DNA from: Dermatophilaceae bacterium
GTDB lineage: Bacteria; Actinomycetota; Actinomycetes; Actinomycetales; Dermatophilaceae
DNA: 31,294 nucleotides
Reading direction: 5' to 3'
NCBI GenBank assembly: GCA_044867305.1
Contig: JBIOUP010000110.1
Span: 1-31,294 of the forward strand
Part shown: positions 7,407-16,970 of the stretch, one piece after another
How the letters are laid out: every line of letters starts with the position of its first letter
Position numbering within the stretch: the first letter of the stretch is position 1
Program-made: the position numbers and the translations under genes
Notes under the pieces: generated by a model
The model's database searches: none
Seen by the model: the letters and a program-made list of their open reading frames with translations, nothing else
What the model was told of the DNA's origin: nothing

Positions 7407-8702
7407 ATGGCCAGCCTCTCGCCCACCACCGTCCACAAGGACCAGGAACGAAACCGAAGAGTGCGCCTACGGTGGGGCTTCATCGCCCTGCTCGTCGTCG
7501 GCGGGGTGGTCAACTACCTCGACCGCGGCACGCTCAGCGTCGGCAACACGACGATCGCAAAAGAGCTCGGGTTGAACGCCGCCCAGATGGGCCTGCTGCT
7601 GTCGGCCTTCGCCTGGCCGTACGCCCTGGCCAACCTGCCCGCGGGCTACCTCGTCGACAAGTTCGGCGCCAAGGCCATGTACGCCTGGGCCGCGACCTTG
7701 TGGTCCATCGTCACCATGCTGACCGCGCTCGTGCGCAGCTTCCCCATGTTCTACGCGATGCGCGTGGCGCTCGGCATCACCGAGTCACCGTTCTTCACGG
7801 CCGGGCTCAAGGTGTCCGAGCGGTGGTTCCGCAAGGACGAGCGCGCCATGCCCGTCTCCATCATCAACACCGGCTCGCAGATCGCCAACGCCCTCGCACC
7901 GCCGGTGCTGACCTTGCTCATCCTCACCATGAGCTGGCAGGGCATGTTCGTCGTCGTGGGTGCTCTCGGTCTGCTCACCGTGGCCGTCTGGCTCAAGATG
8001 TACCGCGACCCGACCCCGCAGGAAGAGGTGCTCATCAAGGGGCTGGAGGCCGACGCCACCGCCCAACGAGTCGAGTCGGTCGGCTGGTTCAGCCTGCTGA
8101 AGCTGCCCAACACCTGGTTCATGATGCTCGGCGCGTTCGGCATCTTCTACACGGTCTGGGTGTACCTCACCTGGCTGCCGAGCTACCTGCAGACCAGCCG
8201 CGGCTTCAGCCTCGCGCAGACCGGCGGCATCGCCGCGCTGCCCTTCCTCTGCGGAATCGTCGGCGTGCTCACTGGCGGGTACTTCTCCGGCCGACTGGTC
8301 AAGGCGGGCGTGCCCACCGTCACCGCTCGCAAGATCCCGATCGTCGCTGGTGCGCTGCTGTCCGCTGCTGCGGTGTTCCCGGTCGCCTATGTCGACAACA
8401 CCGTGCTCAACGTCCTGCTGTTGTGCATCGGCTACTTCGCCGCTCAGGTCCCGATCGGGGTCATCTGGACGCTCGCCTCGGACATCGCCGACCCCCGGCA
8501 GGTCGCCTCGCTCGGCTCGATCCAGAACTTCGGCGGCTTCCTCGGTGCCGCCCTCGCGCCCGCGGTCACCGGGTTCATCCTGGAAGCCACCGGCGGCGAC
8601 TTCAAGCTGGTCTTCCTCGTGGGCGGGCTGCTGCTGGTCGTCGGAGCGCTCTCCTACGGCGTCTTCGTGCGGGATCCGCAGGCCCGTCAGGCAAGTGCAT
8701 GA
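7407..8702 (+). CDS. MFS transporter, anion:cation symporter (ACS; hexuronate/galactonate-like) family
   Basis: VNYLDRGTLS, GYLVDKFGAK, RVALGITESPFF, WFRKDER and TWLPSYL motifs with about 12 TM segments. RBS AAGGAG 9 nt before ATG 7407. Confidence 0.9.
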   Translation: MASLSPTTVHKDQERNRRVRLRWGFIALLVVGGVVNYLDRGTLSVGNTTIAKELGLNAAQMGLLLSAFAWPYALANLPAGYLVDKFGAKAMYAWAATLWSIVTMLTALVRSFPMFYAMRVALGITESPFFTAGLKVSERWFRKDERAMPVSIINTGSQIANALAPPVLTLLILTMSWQGMFVVVGALGLLTVAVWLKMYRDPTPQEEVLIKGLEADATAQRVESVGWFSLLKLPNTWFMMLGAFGIFYTVWVYLTWLPSYLQTSRGFSLAQTGGIAALPFLCGIVGVLTGGYFSGRLVKAGVPTVTARKIPIVAGALLSAAAVFPVAYVDNTVLNVLLLCIGYFAAQVPIGVIWTLASDIADPRQVASLGSIQNFGGFLGAALAPAVTGFILEATGGDFKLVFLVGGLLLVVGALSYGVFVRDPQARQASA

Positions 8703-9298
8703 GTATGCCGGGCACGCCCGCCGCGCAAGGGCCGATCGCGTTCTTCGTGATCGGCCCGGCCGGCTCGGGCAAGTCCACGGTGAGCCGGTTCCTCGCCCAG
8801 CGCTACCGCACGGCATACCTGGACAAGGACGCCCTCGCAACCGCCTTCACCGAGGCGCTGCTGTCGGCCACCGGCAACGACCCGCACGAGCGGGACAACA
8901 ACGCCTACTACCAGCAGCACATCCTCCCAATGGAGTACTGCACCCTGCTGCGCCTCTGCGGGGACAACCTGCGGGTCGGCACATCGGTCGTGCTGGACGC
9001 GCCCTTCGGCCGGTTCCTCTCCGACGAGCGCTTCCTGCTCGACGCGGCGCAGCGGCATGGCTGGCCCTCCCACGCCAAGGTCGTTGTCGCCCATGTGCGC
9101 ACCGACGCCGGTGCCGTGCTGCGTCGGCTGCGCGAACGGGGACTGCAGCGCGACGGCTGGAAGATCGAGCACTGGGCCGAATTCTGGCCTGGCGCAACGG
9201 CGCAGCCCTGCTCGTGGCTCGGCGCCAGCCACGTCACCGTCGACAACTCCGGGGCCGAGCCGGACATCGGTGAGCTCGAGTCTGCGGGGTTTCCATAA
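8699..9298 (+). CDS. P-loop kinase-like protein (AAA_33 / gluconate-shikimate kinase fold)
   Basis: ATGA overlap with the MFS stop. Walker A GPAGSGKS, YLDKD, VVLDAPF and a lid-like RRLRERGLQRD. Confidence 0.8.
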   Translation: MSMPGTPAAQGPIAFFVIGPAGSGKSTVSRFLAQRYRTAYLDKDALATAFTEALLSATGNDPHERDNNAYYQQHILPMEYCTLLRLCGDNLRVGTSVVLDAPFGRFLSDERFLLDAAQRHGWPSHAKVVVAHVRTDAGAVLRRLRERGLQRDGWKIEHWAEFWPGATAQPCSWLGASHVTVDNSGAEPDIGELESAGFP

Positions 9299-9299
9299 C

Positions 9300-9392
9300 G
9301 ACAAATCACCCGCTCATCGACGGGAACCGCGCTATTAGCCACGAATTCCGTGCTACCAGCGCGACCAGTTGGCTATCAGCGGGTGAGTTGTC
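9300..9392. repeat. Long imperfect palindrome (REP-like / bidirectional terminator) between convergent genes
   Basis: GACAAATCACCCGCT (9300-9314) pairs with AGCGGGTGAGTTGTC (9378-9392) at 14/15. Inner pairings are CGCGCT/AGCGCG, TAGC/GCTA and ACG-AATTC-CGT. Confidence 0.75.
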
Positions 9393-9394
9393 CA

Positions 9395-11287
9395 CTAGCC
9401 GCCGTGAGCCACGGCGCCGGCGCGGGCATCGGCCCGGCTCACCGAGCCGGCGATGGCGGCAGTGATCCTTGAGTAGTCGGCCGCTGGGTCCTTGCCCAGG
9501 GCGGCGGCCCAGGTCGGCACGAGCTCGGAGTGGTACTGGTGACCGAAGCCGTCGGGCACGCTGTTGGCCACGGCCAGGTCGGCCGACACCTGCCAGAAGG
9601 TCACGAACGGCAGCCAGGACATCTGCTGGATCGGGCCCTCGGTGCGGGTCTCGACCAGCCAGGGCGGGGTGTGCGAGATGAGGTTGGGCGACCACCACAC
9701 CACTGGGTCGGTCGGGTGCTGCACGAACACGACCCGCGGGTACGACCACGCGCCGAGCTCGCGGCCGAACTGGTCGGCCGCCAGCTCGCCGGGGTTGCCG
9801 GTGAAGCGGAAATGCCGACCGTTGTCGACCACAGGGTTCACCTGGGTCGAGCCGCCCTCACGGGTGGCCGTGACTGCCTGGTGCATGGGCGTGAACTCAG
9901 GCGTCCCGGTCCACACGGCGCCGTCGACCCGGCGCAGCAGGTCATCCGCGGAGGAGAAGGGCGCGCTGCTGCCGAACGCCCCCAGTGACTCGCCGCTGAC
10001 GTAGAGCTTGGGGCGGTGCTCGACCGGCATCCGGGCCAGGCGCTGCTCGACTGCCTCGAACAGGAGGGCGCCGGCAGCGGGTGGCTCGCTCTGCGCGCTG
10101 AGCAGGGCCAGCGCAGAGGGCAAGGTGGAGTACTGCATGGCCGCAATGGCCGTGTCACCGCCGCCCAGGTACTCGAACGTCGACGCGTTCCACTCGTTGA
10201 CCCAGCCGCTCCCGGTGGTCGTCACGACGAGGATGGCCGAGCGGTCGAACGCCCCGGTGCGCTCCATCTCGGCTACTACCGCGTCGCGCACGTCGACGAG
10301 CGTGCGACCGGCGGTCAGCCCGGCATACACCCGAACCGGGTCCTGGGCCGGGCGACCTATCGCGGCCGCGATATCCGGGCCGGTCGGTCCGCCGGAGACG
10401 AACTCGGCCCCCTCCAGGCCCAGGCTCGGCCAGCTCTCGCGCGACGCGGGACTGCCCGAACGCAGGGCAGACTGCGGCGGCGCCATCCACTGTGGCGCAC
10501 TGTTGTTCTGGTCCTGCGACATCCGGGTGGCGACCTGCATGATGGCCCGGATGACCACCTGGTTGATGACCCCGAGCACCACCACCGCCACCACGATCGA
10601 GGCCATCACGCGCGCCAGCACCTCACGCATGACCCTGTTACTGAGGCGCAGCACCCAGTCAAACAGGCGTTCGATAACCCACCATAGGCCGAGCAGGGCA
10701 AGGAACACCGCGACCGCGACAAGGGCACTGCCCAGGACGAAGCCCAGACCCGGGCCCGGCAGACCGACGAACTGGGCGGTGCGGTTCTGCCAGCCCACGC
10801 TCGCGAACGGGAAGCCGACTACGCCCACGGCGAGCACCCCGACCCACAGCCGCATCAGCGCACGGCGGGCACCCGGCCGGATGGACACGCGCAGATCGGC
10901 CCACCGGGCAAACCCGGCGAACAGCCACGCCAAGGACACGCCCACGCCGTAGCCGAACAGCGCGCAGATGGCGGCGATGAGCCCTTGCAGGGCCCACGGA
11001 CGCGGCAGCAGCGAGGGCGTGTTGGACGCCAAGTAGGCCAACATCGCGCCGACGGCACCCGGCACCGAGACTGCGCTGCTGCGGGTGCGCAACCACTCGG
11101 CGAGGCGGCCGATCGCCGGCGCGGGCGAAACCGCCGGTTCGCGCGTCAACGTCGGCGACGAGACGGTGGGCACCCAGAACGCCCGGCTGGTCACTGCCGC
11201 CATGGACGCCTTCGACGCCACCCACGCGGAGGCCTTGGCGCGCTCGCCGGCTGCGAGCTCGCCGCCCCCGCCGTGTCCCTCACCCAC
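9395..11287 (-). CDS. Alpha/beta-hydrolase family membrane protein (Abhydrolase_9)
   Basis: N-terminal TM domain (TPSLLPRPW..QG), SPASRESWPSLGLEG, DPVRVYAGL, TTTGSGWVN, QYS.LPS, nucleophile GESLGA, and QHPTDPVVWWSP. GTG start has TATGGT 6 nt upstream. Confidence 0.87.
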   Translation of the reverse strand: MGEGHGGGGELAAGERAKASAWVASKASMAAVTSRAFWVPTVSSPTLTREPAVSPAPAIGRLAEWLRTRSSAVSVPGAVGAMLAYLASNTPSLLPRPWALQGLIAAICALFGYGVGVSLAWLFAGFARWADLRVSIRPGARRALMRLWVGVLAVGVVGFPFASVGWQNRTAQFVGLPGPGLGFVLGSALVAVAVFLALLGLWWVIERLFDWVLRLSNRVMREVLARVMASIVVAVVVLGVINQVVIRAIMQVATRMSQDQNNSAPQWMAPPQSALRSGSPASRESWPSLGLEGAEFVSGGPTGPDIAAAIGRPAQDPVRVYAGLTAGRTLVDVRDAVVAEMERTGAFDRSAILVVTTTGSGWVNEWNASTFEYLGGGDTAIAAMQYSTLPSALALLSAQSEPPAAGALLFEAVEQRLARMPVEHRPKLYVSGESLGAFGSSAPFSSADDLLRRVDGAVWTGTPEFTPMHQAVTATREGGSTQVNPVVDNGRHFRFTGNPGELAADQFGRELGAWSYPRVVFVQHPTDPVVWWSPNLISHTPPWLVETRTEGPIQQMSWLPFVTFWQVSADLAVANSVPDGFGHQYHSELVPTWAAALGKDPAADYSRITAAIAGSVSRADARAGAVAHGG

Positions 11288-11325
11288 GCCCCAACCATAG
11301 AGCGGGGGTGGGGAAGACTGACGGC

Positions 11326-12423
11326 ATGGCCGGTCCTACGACGAGTCGCGTTCCGTGGACGACGATTGCCCCGGTTCCCGCACTGATCGCGTTGGCGCTT
11401 ACCTGGGGCCGGGAGCTGGGCCCGGTCGTCGTGCTGGTCGTGGCCGTCCTGCTCGGAGCATCGGTGCTCGCAGCCGTGCACCATGCCGAGGTCGTGGCTC
11501 ACCGGGTCGGCGAGCCGTTCGGCTCGCTGCTGCTCGCCGTTGCGGTCACCGTGATCGAGGTCGGCCTCATCGTCACCCTCATGCTGTCCGGCGGCGAGAA
11601 GGCGGCGACGCTGGGCCGCGACACCGTCTTCGCCGCGGTGATGATCACCTGCAACGGCATCCTGGGCCTGTCGATCCTCATCGGCACCAAAGGCAGCGGG
11701 TTCAGCAACTTCAACCCCGAGGGCAGCGGCGGGGCGCTGGCCACCGTCGCCACCGTGGCCACCACCTGCCTGGTGCTGCCCAACTTCACCCTCAACCAGC
11801 CCGGCCCGCAGTTCACCGGCGCCCAGCTGGCGTTCGCGGCGGTCGCCTCGTTGGCGATCTACGCCCTCTTCGTCGTCACCCAGACCGTCCGCCACCGCGA
11901 CTTCTTCCTGCCGGTCACCCCCGACGGGCAGGTCATGGACGAGGACGCGCACGCCGAACCGCCGTCGAACCAGTTGGCGATCGCCAGCTTGGTCCTGCTG
12001 GTGGCCTCGCTCGTGGCGGTCGTGGGACTGGCCAAGGTGGAGTCGCCGGCCATCGAGAACGCCGTGAACGCGGCCGGCTTTCCGCAGTCCTTTGTCGGGG
12101 TCGTCATCGCCTTGCTCGTGCTGCTGCCGGAGACCCTGGCGGCCGTGCGAGCGGCGCAGCGTGACCGGGTGCAGATCAGCCTCAACCTCGCCCTCGGATC
12201 GGCCATTGCCAGTGTCGGCCTGACCATCCCAACGCTGGCGATCGCGTCGATCTGGCTGCCCGGACCGTTGGTGCTCGGGCTGGGGGCGACGGAGATCGTG
12301 CTACTGGCGATCACTGTGATCGTCGGGGTCCTGACCGTCGTGCCGGGGCGGGCGACCCGCCTGCAGGGCGGGCTGCACCTGACCATCGCCGCGGCATACA
12401 TCTTCCTGGCGATCAACCCGTGA
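11326..12423 (+). CDS. Ca2+/H+ antiporter (CaCA family, ChaA/y4hA-like)
   Basis: Alpha-1 repeat AVHHAEVVAHRVGEPFGSLLLAVAVTVIEV and alpha-2 repeat LLVLLPETLAA...SLNLALGSAIASVGLTIP. Confidence 0.9.
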   Translation: MAGPTTSRVPWTTIAPVPALIALALTWGRELGPVVVLVVAVLLGASVLAAVHHAEVVAHRVGEPFGSLLLAVAVTVIEVGLIVTLMLSGGEKAATLGRDTVFAAVMITCNGILGLSILIGTKGSGFSNFNPEGSGGALATVATVATTCLVLPNFTLNQPGPQFTGAQLAFAAVASLAIYALFVVTQTVRHRDFFLPVTPDGQVMDEDAHAEPPSNQLAIASLVLLVASLVAVVGLAKVESPAIENAVNAAGFPQSFVGVVIALLVLLPETLAAVRAAQRDRVQISLNLALGSAIASVGLTIPTLAIASIWLPGPLVLGLGATEIVLLAITVIVGVLTVVPGRATRLQGGLHLTIAAAYIFLAINP

Positions 12424-12469
12424 CCGCGGCAGTGCGTCGGGCCACCTGCGCCCGCGGTTAGGCTGAGAC

Positions 12470-13078
12470 GTGTCACAGGCGGCCAGTCCAGCACCCGGTC
12501 CGGACACCGACCGAGTGCTCACCGTCCCCAACGCGCTCTCGGCCCTGCGCCTGGTCGGCGCGCCGCTGTTCCTGTGGCTCATCGTCAGCGGCTCGGACAT
12601 CTGGGCGCTTGTCGTGCTCGCGCTGTCGGGTCTCACCGACTACCTCGACGGCAAGATCGCCCGTCGCTACCACCAGACCTCGCGGGTCGGCGAGCTGCTC
12701 GACCCGATCGCCGACCGCTTGTACGTCATCAGCACGATCGTCGGCCTGGCCTGGCGACAGTTCATCCCGCTCTGGCTCGTGGGACTGCTGGTGCTGCGTG
12801 AGGCGTTCATGGTGGGTCTGTTGCTGTGGCTGCGCAGGAGGGGCCAAACCGGACTGCCGGTGAACTTCGTGGGAAAGGCCGCCACCTTCAACCTGCTCTA
12901 CGCGTTCCCCATCCTGCTGGTCGCCCAGCTTCCGGGAGTGCTTGGCCAGGTGGCCCTACCCATCGGGTGGGCGTTCGCCTGGTGGGGCGTCGGGCTCTAC
13001 TGGCTGTCCGCGGTCCTGTATGCCGTGCAGGCCCGACGGTTCGTCAGTGCGCAGCGCGCAGCCTCGGCGGAGGTGTGA
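12470..13078 (+). CDS. CDP-alcohol phosphatidyltransferase (PgsA2 / cardiolipin synthase-like)
   Basis: TVPNALSALRL and the signature TDYLDGKIARR...GELLDPIAD. First gene of the conserved cluster. Confidence 0.92.
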   Translation: MSQAASPAPGPDTDRVLTVPNALSALRLVGAPLFLWLIVSGSDIWALVVLALSGLTDYLDGKIARRYHQTSRVGELLDPIADRLYVISTIVGLAWRQFIPLWLVGLLVLREAFMVGLLLWLRRRGQTGLPVNFVGKAATFNLLYAFPILLVAQLPGVLGQVALPIGWAFAWWGVGLYWLSAVLYAVQARRFVSAQRAASAEV

Positions 13079-14031
13079 TGCCGCCGCCGCGCCGACTGGA
13101 TGAGTCGATGTCGCTGCTCAACGAGATGATGCAGCGCCCGGTCGACCCGAGCTACGCCACGGCGGCGGCCCGGCGAGTCGCCCGAGGGTTGCCCCGTTCG
13201 ACATCCACCCGCACCGTGCTGGTCTTCGTGACGCTTGCCGTCATCGGCTTCTTGTTCGCGTTGTCGGCGCTCAATGTTCGGTCAGCCACCAGTGTCGCCG
13301 GGCAGGCCCGCGCCGAGCTCCTCGACGCCATCGAAGCGCGTCAGGCCCAAGGCGACCAGCTGGCCGCCCAGGCCGCGGCACTCGAACGGGAAGTGGCCGC
13401 CGCGCAAAGCGCCGCGTTGGGCAACCCGGGCCAAGACCTGCTAGCGCAGGTCTCCGCACTGTCGGTCGCGACCGGTGGCGTGGCGGTGAGCGGGCCAGGG
13501 GTCCAGCTCACCCTCGATGACGCCGAGGAGGCCGCCGGTACGAACGCCGACCCCCGCGGGCAGAACGGGTTCGGCACCGGGCGAGTGACCGCCCAGGACC
13601 TGCAGCTGGTGACCAACGGGCTGTGGCAGGCCGGCGCCGAGGCCATGGCCATCAACGGCCAGCGCCTCACTGCGCGCTCGGCCATCCGCTTCGCCGGCGA
13701 GGCCATCCTCGTGGACTTCCGCCCGCTCGCCCGCCCGTACGTGGTCAGTGCGATCGGCGACCCGGCCGGGCTTCGGGCCCGGTTCGTCGCGTCCAGCACG
13801 GGCAGCTACTTCGCCGCCCTGAGCGCCAACTACAAGATCCGCACCGAGCTGGTCACTCAGGACGCCATGACACTGCCGGGTCACCCCAGCCCGGCGCTGC
13901 GGTATGCCGAGAAGGTGCCTACCGGCATACCCTCGACGCCGACCCCGACGCCGTCCGGCGCGGCGAGCCCGAACGGGACTCGGCGAGCGACGACGAGCCC
14001 TGCCCCCCGGCCCACGGAGACCTCACGATGA
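13078..14031 (+). CDS. DUF881 domain protein
   Basis: SMSLLNEMM..P.DPSY, GPGVQLTLDD, DLQLVTNGLWQAGAEAMAINGQRL and PYVVSAIGDP, plus synteny. Confidence 0.9.
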   Translation: MPPPRRLDESMSLLNEMMQRPVDPSYATAAARRVARGLPRSTSTRTVLVFVTLAVIGFLFALSALNVRSATSVAGQARAELLDAIEARQAQGDQLAAQAAALEREVAAAQSAALGNPGQDLLAQVSALSVATGGVAVSGPGVQLTLDDAEEAAGTNADPRGQNGFGTGRVTAQDLQLVTNGLWQAGAEAMAINGQRLTARSAIRFAGEAILVDFRPLARPYVVSAIGDPAGLRARFVASSTGSYFAALSANYKIRTELVTQDAMTLPGHPSPALRYAEKVPTGIPSTPTPTPSGAASPNGTRRATTSPAPRPTETSR

Positions 14032-14360
14032 TCCCTGCGCTCGGCTTGATCGCCGGCATCGTCATCGGCCTGCTGCTCAACCCCGCCGTGCCGCTCTGGC
14101 TGCAGCCCTATCTGCCCATCGCCGTCATCGCCGCCCTGGATGCCGTCTTCGGCGGGCTGAGGGCGGTGCTCGACGGCAACTTCAGCGACAAGGTGTTCGT
14201 CGTGTCGTTCCTGTCCAACGTCCTGGTGGCGGCCCTGATCGTCTTCCTCGGCGACCAGCTCGGCGTCGGCTCGCAACTGTCGACCGGCGTCGTCGTCGTG
14301 CTGGGGGTGCGCATCTTCTCCAACGTTGCCGCGATCCGACGCCACCTGTTCCGTGCCTGA
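14028..14360 (+). CDS. Small basic family protein (Sbp/DUF1290)
   Basis: ATGA overlap. MIPALGLIAGIVIGL...YLPIAVIAALDAVFGG...FSNVAAIRRHLF. Confidence 0.92.
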   Translation: MIPALGLIAGIVIGLLLNPAVPLWLQPYLPIAVIAALDAVFGGLRAVLDGNFSDKVFVVSFLSNVLVAALIVFLGDQLGVGSQLSTGVVVVLGVRIFSNVAAIRRHLFRA

Positions 14361-14377
14361 TCGAATGACTGACTCGA

Positions 14378-15175
14378 GTGCCTGACATGTCCACCGACCC
14401 CACGAGCTCCCCGGAGCCCCAGCCCACTCCTTCGCAGCCCACGGCATGGCAACGGCTGCGCCGGACGGCGGCGCCGCGGGCCACCAAGGCCAACGCGTTG
14501 GCGGCAATCCTGGCCGTGTCGCTCGGCTTCGCCATCGCCACGCAGATCCAGCAGAACCAGTCGGCCGGTCTGCAGACCCTACGACAGGACGAGCTGGTGC
14601 GGGTGCTGGACGATCTCGGGCAACGCTCGGCCAGGCTCGACCAGCAGGTCCGTGACCTGCAGACCCAACGGGACGGCTTGAGCTCCGGTGCCGACACGGC
14701 GGCCGAGGCGGCCACCCAGGCGCAGCGCAGGCTGGACCAGGTGAGCATCCTCGCCGGCACGGTGGCGGCCCAAGGCCCGGGCGTGCGGCTGACCGTGTCC
14801 GATCCCGGACGCGCCGTGAAGGGCACCGTCCTGCTCGACGTCGTGCAAGAGCTACGGGACGCCGGGGCTGAGGTCATCCAGGTGGGCCAGGTGCGCATCG
14901 TTGCCAGCTGCTACTTCACCGAATCGCAGGGCACGGTCAGTGTCGACGGACAGCCGCTCGAACGCCCGTTTGTCGTGCTGGCTATCGGGGACAGCCAGAC
15001 GCTCGCCTCAGCGATGAACATCCCCGGCGGGATCGTCGACACGGTCCGCCGGGTCGGTGCAAGCGCCCAGGTCGAGCCGCTGGCGAGCGTGCGGATCGAC
15101 GCGCTGCACCCGCTCACGCCGGCACGCTATGCCCAACCTGTCCGAGAACCAGCGGCCAGCGCGACGACCAAGTAG
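14378..15175 (+). CDS. DUF881 domain protein
   Basis: LRQDELVRVLDDL, GPGVRLTV, ELRDAGAE and LASAMNIPGG. The start may be ATG 14387. Confidence 0.9.
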   Translation: MPDMSTDPTSSPEPQPTPSQPTAWQRLRRTAAPRATKANALAAILAVSLGFAIATQIQQNQSAGLQTLRQDELVRVLDDLGQRSARLDQQVRDLQTQRDGLSSGADTAAEAATQAQRRLDQVSILAGTVAAQGPGVRLTVSDPGRAVKGTVLLDVVQELRDAGAEVIQVGQVRIVASCYFTESQGTVSVDGQPLERPFVVLAIGDSQTLASAMNIPGGIVDTVRRVGASAQVEPLASVRIDALHPLTPARYAQPVREPAASATTK

Positions 15176-15261
15176 GGTCGAGCTGAGAGCCTGCCGACGG
15201 TCGGGTAGGGCCACCCGCACTCCCGCGCCCGCGATGCCCAGTCGAACGCCAAAGGAGCACG

Positions 15262-15651
15262 ATGAGCGAGCTGAGCTACCCAGAGGACCTGCGCTACACC
15301 ACCGACCACGAGTGGGTGCGAATCGGTGCGGACGGGACGGCTCGGATCGGCATCACTGCCTACGCTCAGAACGCCCTCGGCGACGTGGTGTACGTGTCCT
15401 TGCCCCAGGTCGGCCAGGCCGTCGTGGCCGGGGAGTCCTGCGGAGAAGTGGAGTCCACCAAGTCGGTGAGCGATGTGTACGCCCCGCTCGACGGCGAGGT
15501 AACCGCCGCCAACGAGGGCCTGGACTCGACCCCCGAGCTGGTCAACAGCGACCCCTATGGCGAGGGATGGATGTTCGAGATGTCCGTCGCGGACAGCGCC
15601 GAGCTGGACGGCCTGCTGGACGCCGCGGCATACCGCGAGACGCTGGGCTGA
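15262..15651 (+). CDS. gcvH: Glycine cleavage system H protein
   Basis: DLRYTTDHEW, GITAYAQNALGDVVYV, lipoyl-Lys motif VESTKSVSD and VNSDPYGEGW. RBS AAGGAG. Confidence 0.96.
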   Translation: MSELSYPEDLRYTTDHEWVRIGADGTARIGITAYAQNALGDVVYVSLPQVGQAVVAGESCGEVESTKSVSDVYAPLDGEVTAANEGLDSTPELVNSDPYGEGWMFEMSVADSAELDGLLDAAAYRETLG

Positions 15652-15783
15652 ACGCTGCAAAACCCAGCCTGACCAGCACAGTCGCTGACCGCCTCGCCAG
15701 CCTGACGGCTAGCCGACCACGGGTCAATGACGTACCCTGGCCGAACGGTCCATGCACTGGTCCAGTCACCGTGGAGAACGCCG

Positions 15784-16218
15784 ATGGCCGAAGACAGCAC
15801 CAACCCGTCGCCCCGTCCGGGGGAGCCGACGACGATGCGTTTCCGCGGCGTCGGAGAACACGACGCGGCGGACGTCGAGCGCGGCCTCACCACCGAGGAC
15901 CAGGCGACGATCGAGGCGCTGCGCCCCGGCACGGCGCTGCTGGTCGTGCTGCGCGGTCCCAACGTCGGTGCGCGTTTCCTGCTCGACGACGCCGAGGTGA
16001 GCTCCGGCCGCCACCCGAACAGCGACATCTTCCTCGACGACGTCACCGTCTCGCGCAAGCACGCGGTCTTCTACCGCGAGGGTGAGGGGTATGCCGTGCG
16101 CGACGTCGGCTCGCTCAACGGCACCTACGTCAACCGGGTGTCCGTGGAGCAGGCGGCGCTGCGCAGCGGCGACGAGGTCCAGATCGGCAAGTACCGCTTC
16201 GTCTACTACACCGGCTGA
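15784..16218 (+). CDS. garA: FHA domain protein, GarA/OdhI-like
   Basis: N-terminal TT phospho-motif (EPTTMRF), FHA core GRHPNSDIFLDDVTVSRKHA...DVGSLNGTYVN, and synteny after gcvH. Confidence 0.85.
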   Translation: MAEDSTNPSPRPGEPTTMRFRGVGEHDAADVERGLTTEDQATIEALRPGTALLVVLRGPNVGARFLLDDAEVSSGRHPNSDIFLDDVTVSRKHAVFYREGEGYAVRDVGSLNGTYVNRVSVEQAALRSGDEVQIGKYRFVYYTG

Positions 16219-16227
16219 CGCCTCATC

Positions 16228-16935
16228 GTGTCGACGCCCCGTCGGGGCCGCAGCATCGGTGCGGTCCTGGACCAGCTCAAGCCGGAGTTCCCCGACCTCA
16301 CCGTCTCCAAGATCCGCTTCCTCGAGAACGAGGGGCTGGTGACACCCGAACGGACCGCTGCCGGCTACCGCACCTTCTCGGGCCGCGACATCGAACGCCT
16401 GCGCTACGTCCTTGCGGCGCAGCGAGACCGGTTCTGGCCGCTCAAGGTGATCCGGGAGGCGCTCGACGGTCTGGACCGTGGCCTGACTCCCGCCGAGGAC
16501 GGCAGCACGGCCGGTCGTCCGGCGCCTCCCACGCCGGTGGCCGACCCGGACGTCCCGAGCATCGAGGAGCTGCGGGCCGCCTCTACTCTCGCGCTCACCA
16601 AGGCTGAGCTGGCCGATGCGGCCGGCCTTGACGACGCGACCCTCGGCGCGCTGCTGAGCTACGGGCTGGTACATCCTGACGGCGACGGGCATTTCGGCGA
16701 GCCGGCCCTCGCCGTGGCCGCCGCGGCGGCGGCGCTCGCGTCCTACGGCGTCGAGCCGCGCCATCTGCGCTTGTTCCGCACGGCTGCCGATCGCGAGATC
16801 GGCCTGGTTCAGCAGATCGTGGCACCTGCTCGAGCGGTGCCGGCATACCGTCGGGAAGACGACCCGGCAGCCGAGGTTCTGCACCATTGCCTGGCCCTGC
16901 ATGCGGCCCTGTTGAAGGCGGCACTTGGACCCTGA
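16228..16935 (+). CDS. MerR family regulator (FtsR/Rv1828-like)
   Basis: SIGAVLDQLKPEFPDLTVSKIRFLE.EGLVTPERT.AGYR, WPLKVIR and EPRHLR.FRTAADRE, plus synteny. Confidence 0.9.
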   Translation: MSTPRRGRSIGAVLDQLKPEFPDLTVSKIRFLENEGLVTPERTAAGYRTFSGRDIERLRYVLAAQRDRFWPLKVIREALDGLDRGLTPAEDGSTAGRPAPPTPVADPDVPSIEELRAASTLALTKAELADAAGLDDATLGALLSYGLVHPDGDGHFGEPALAVAAAAAALASYGVEPRHLRLFRTAADREIGLVQQIVAPARAVPAYRREDDPAAEVLHHCLALHAALLKAALGP

Positions 16936-16970
16936 TGCCTTTGGGCCCCAACGCGAGGTACCGTAATGGC

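Noticed and set aside
7334-8698. 654-aa ORF 7334..9298 as an MFS-kinase fusion
   Set aside because: The upstream part is an off-frame shadow of the MFS gene. The real kinase starts at the ATGA overlap at 8699.
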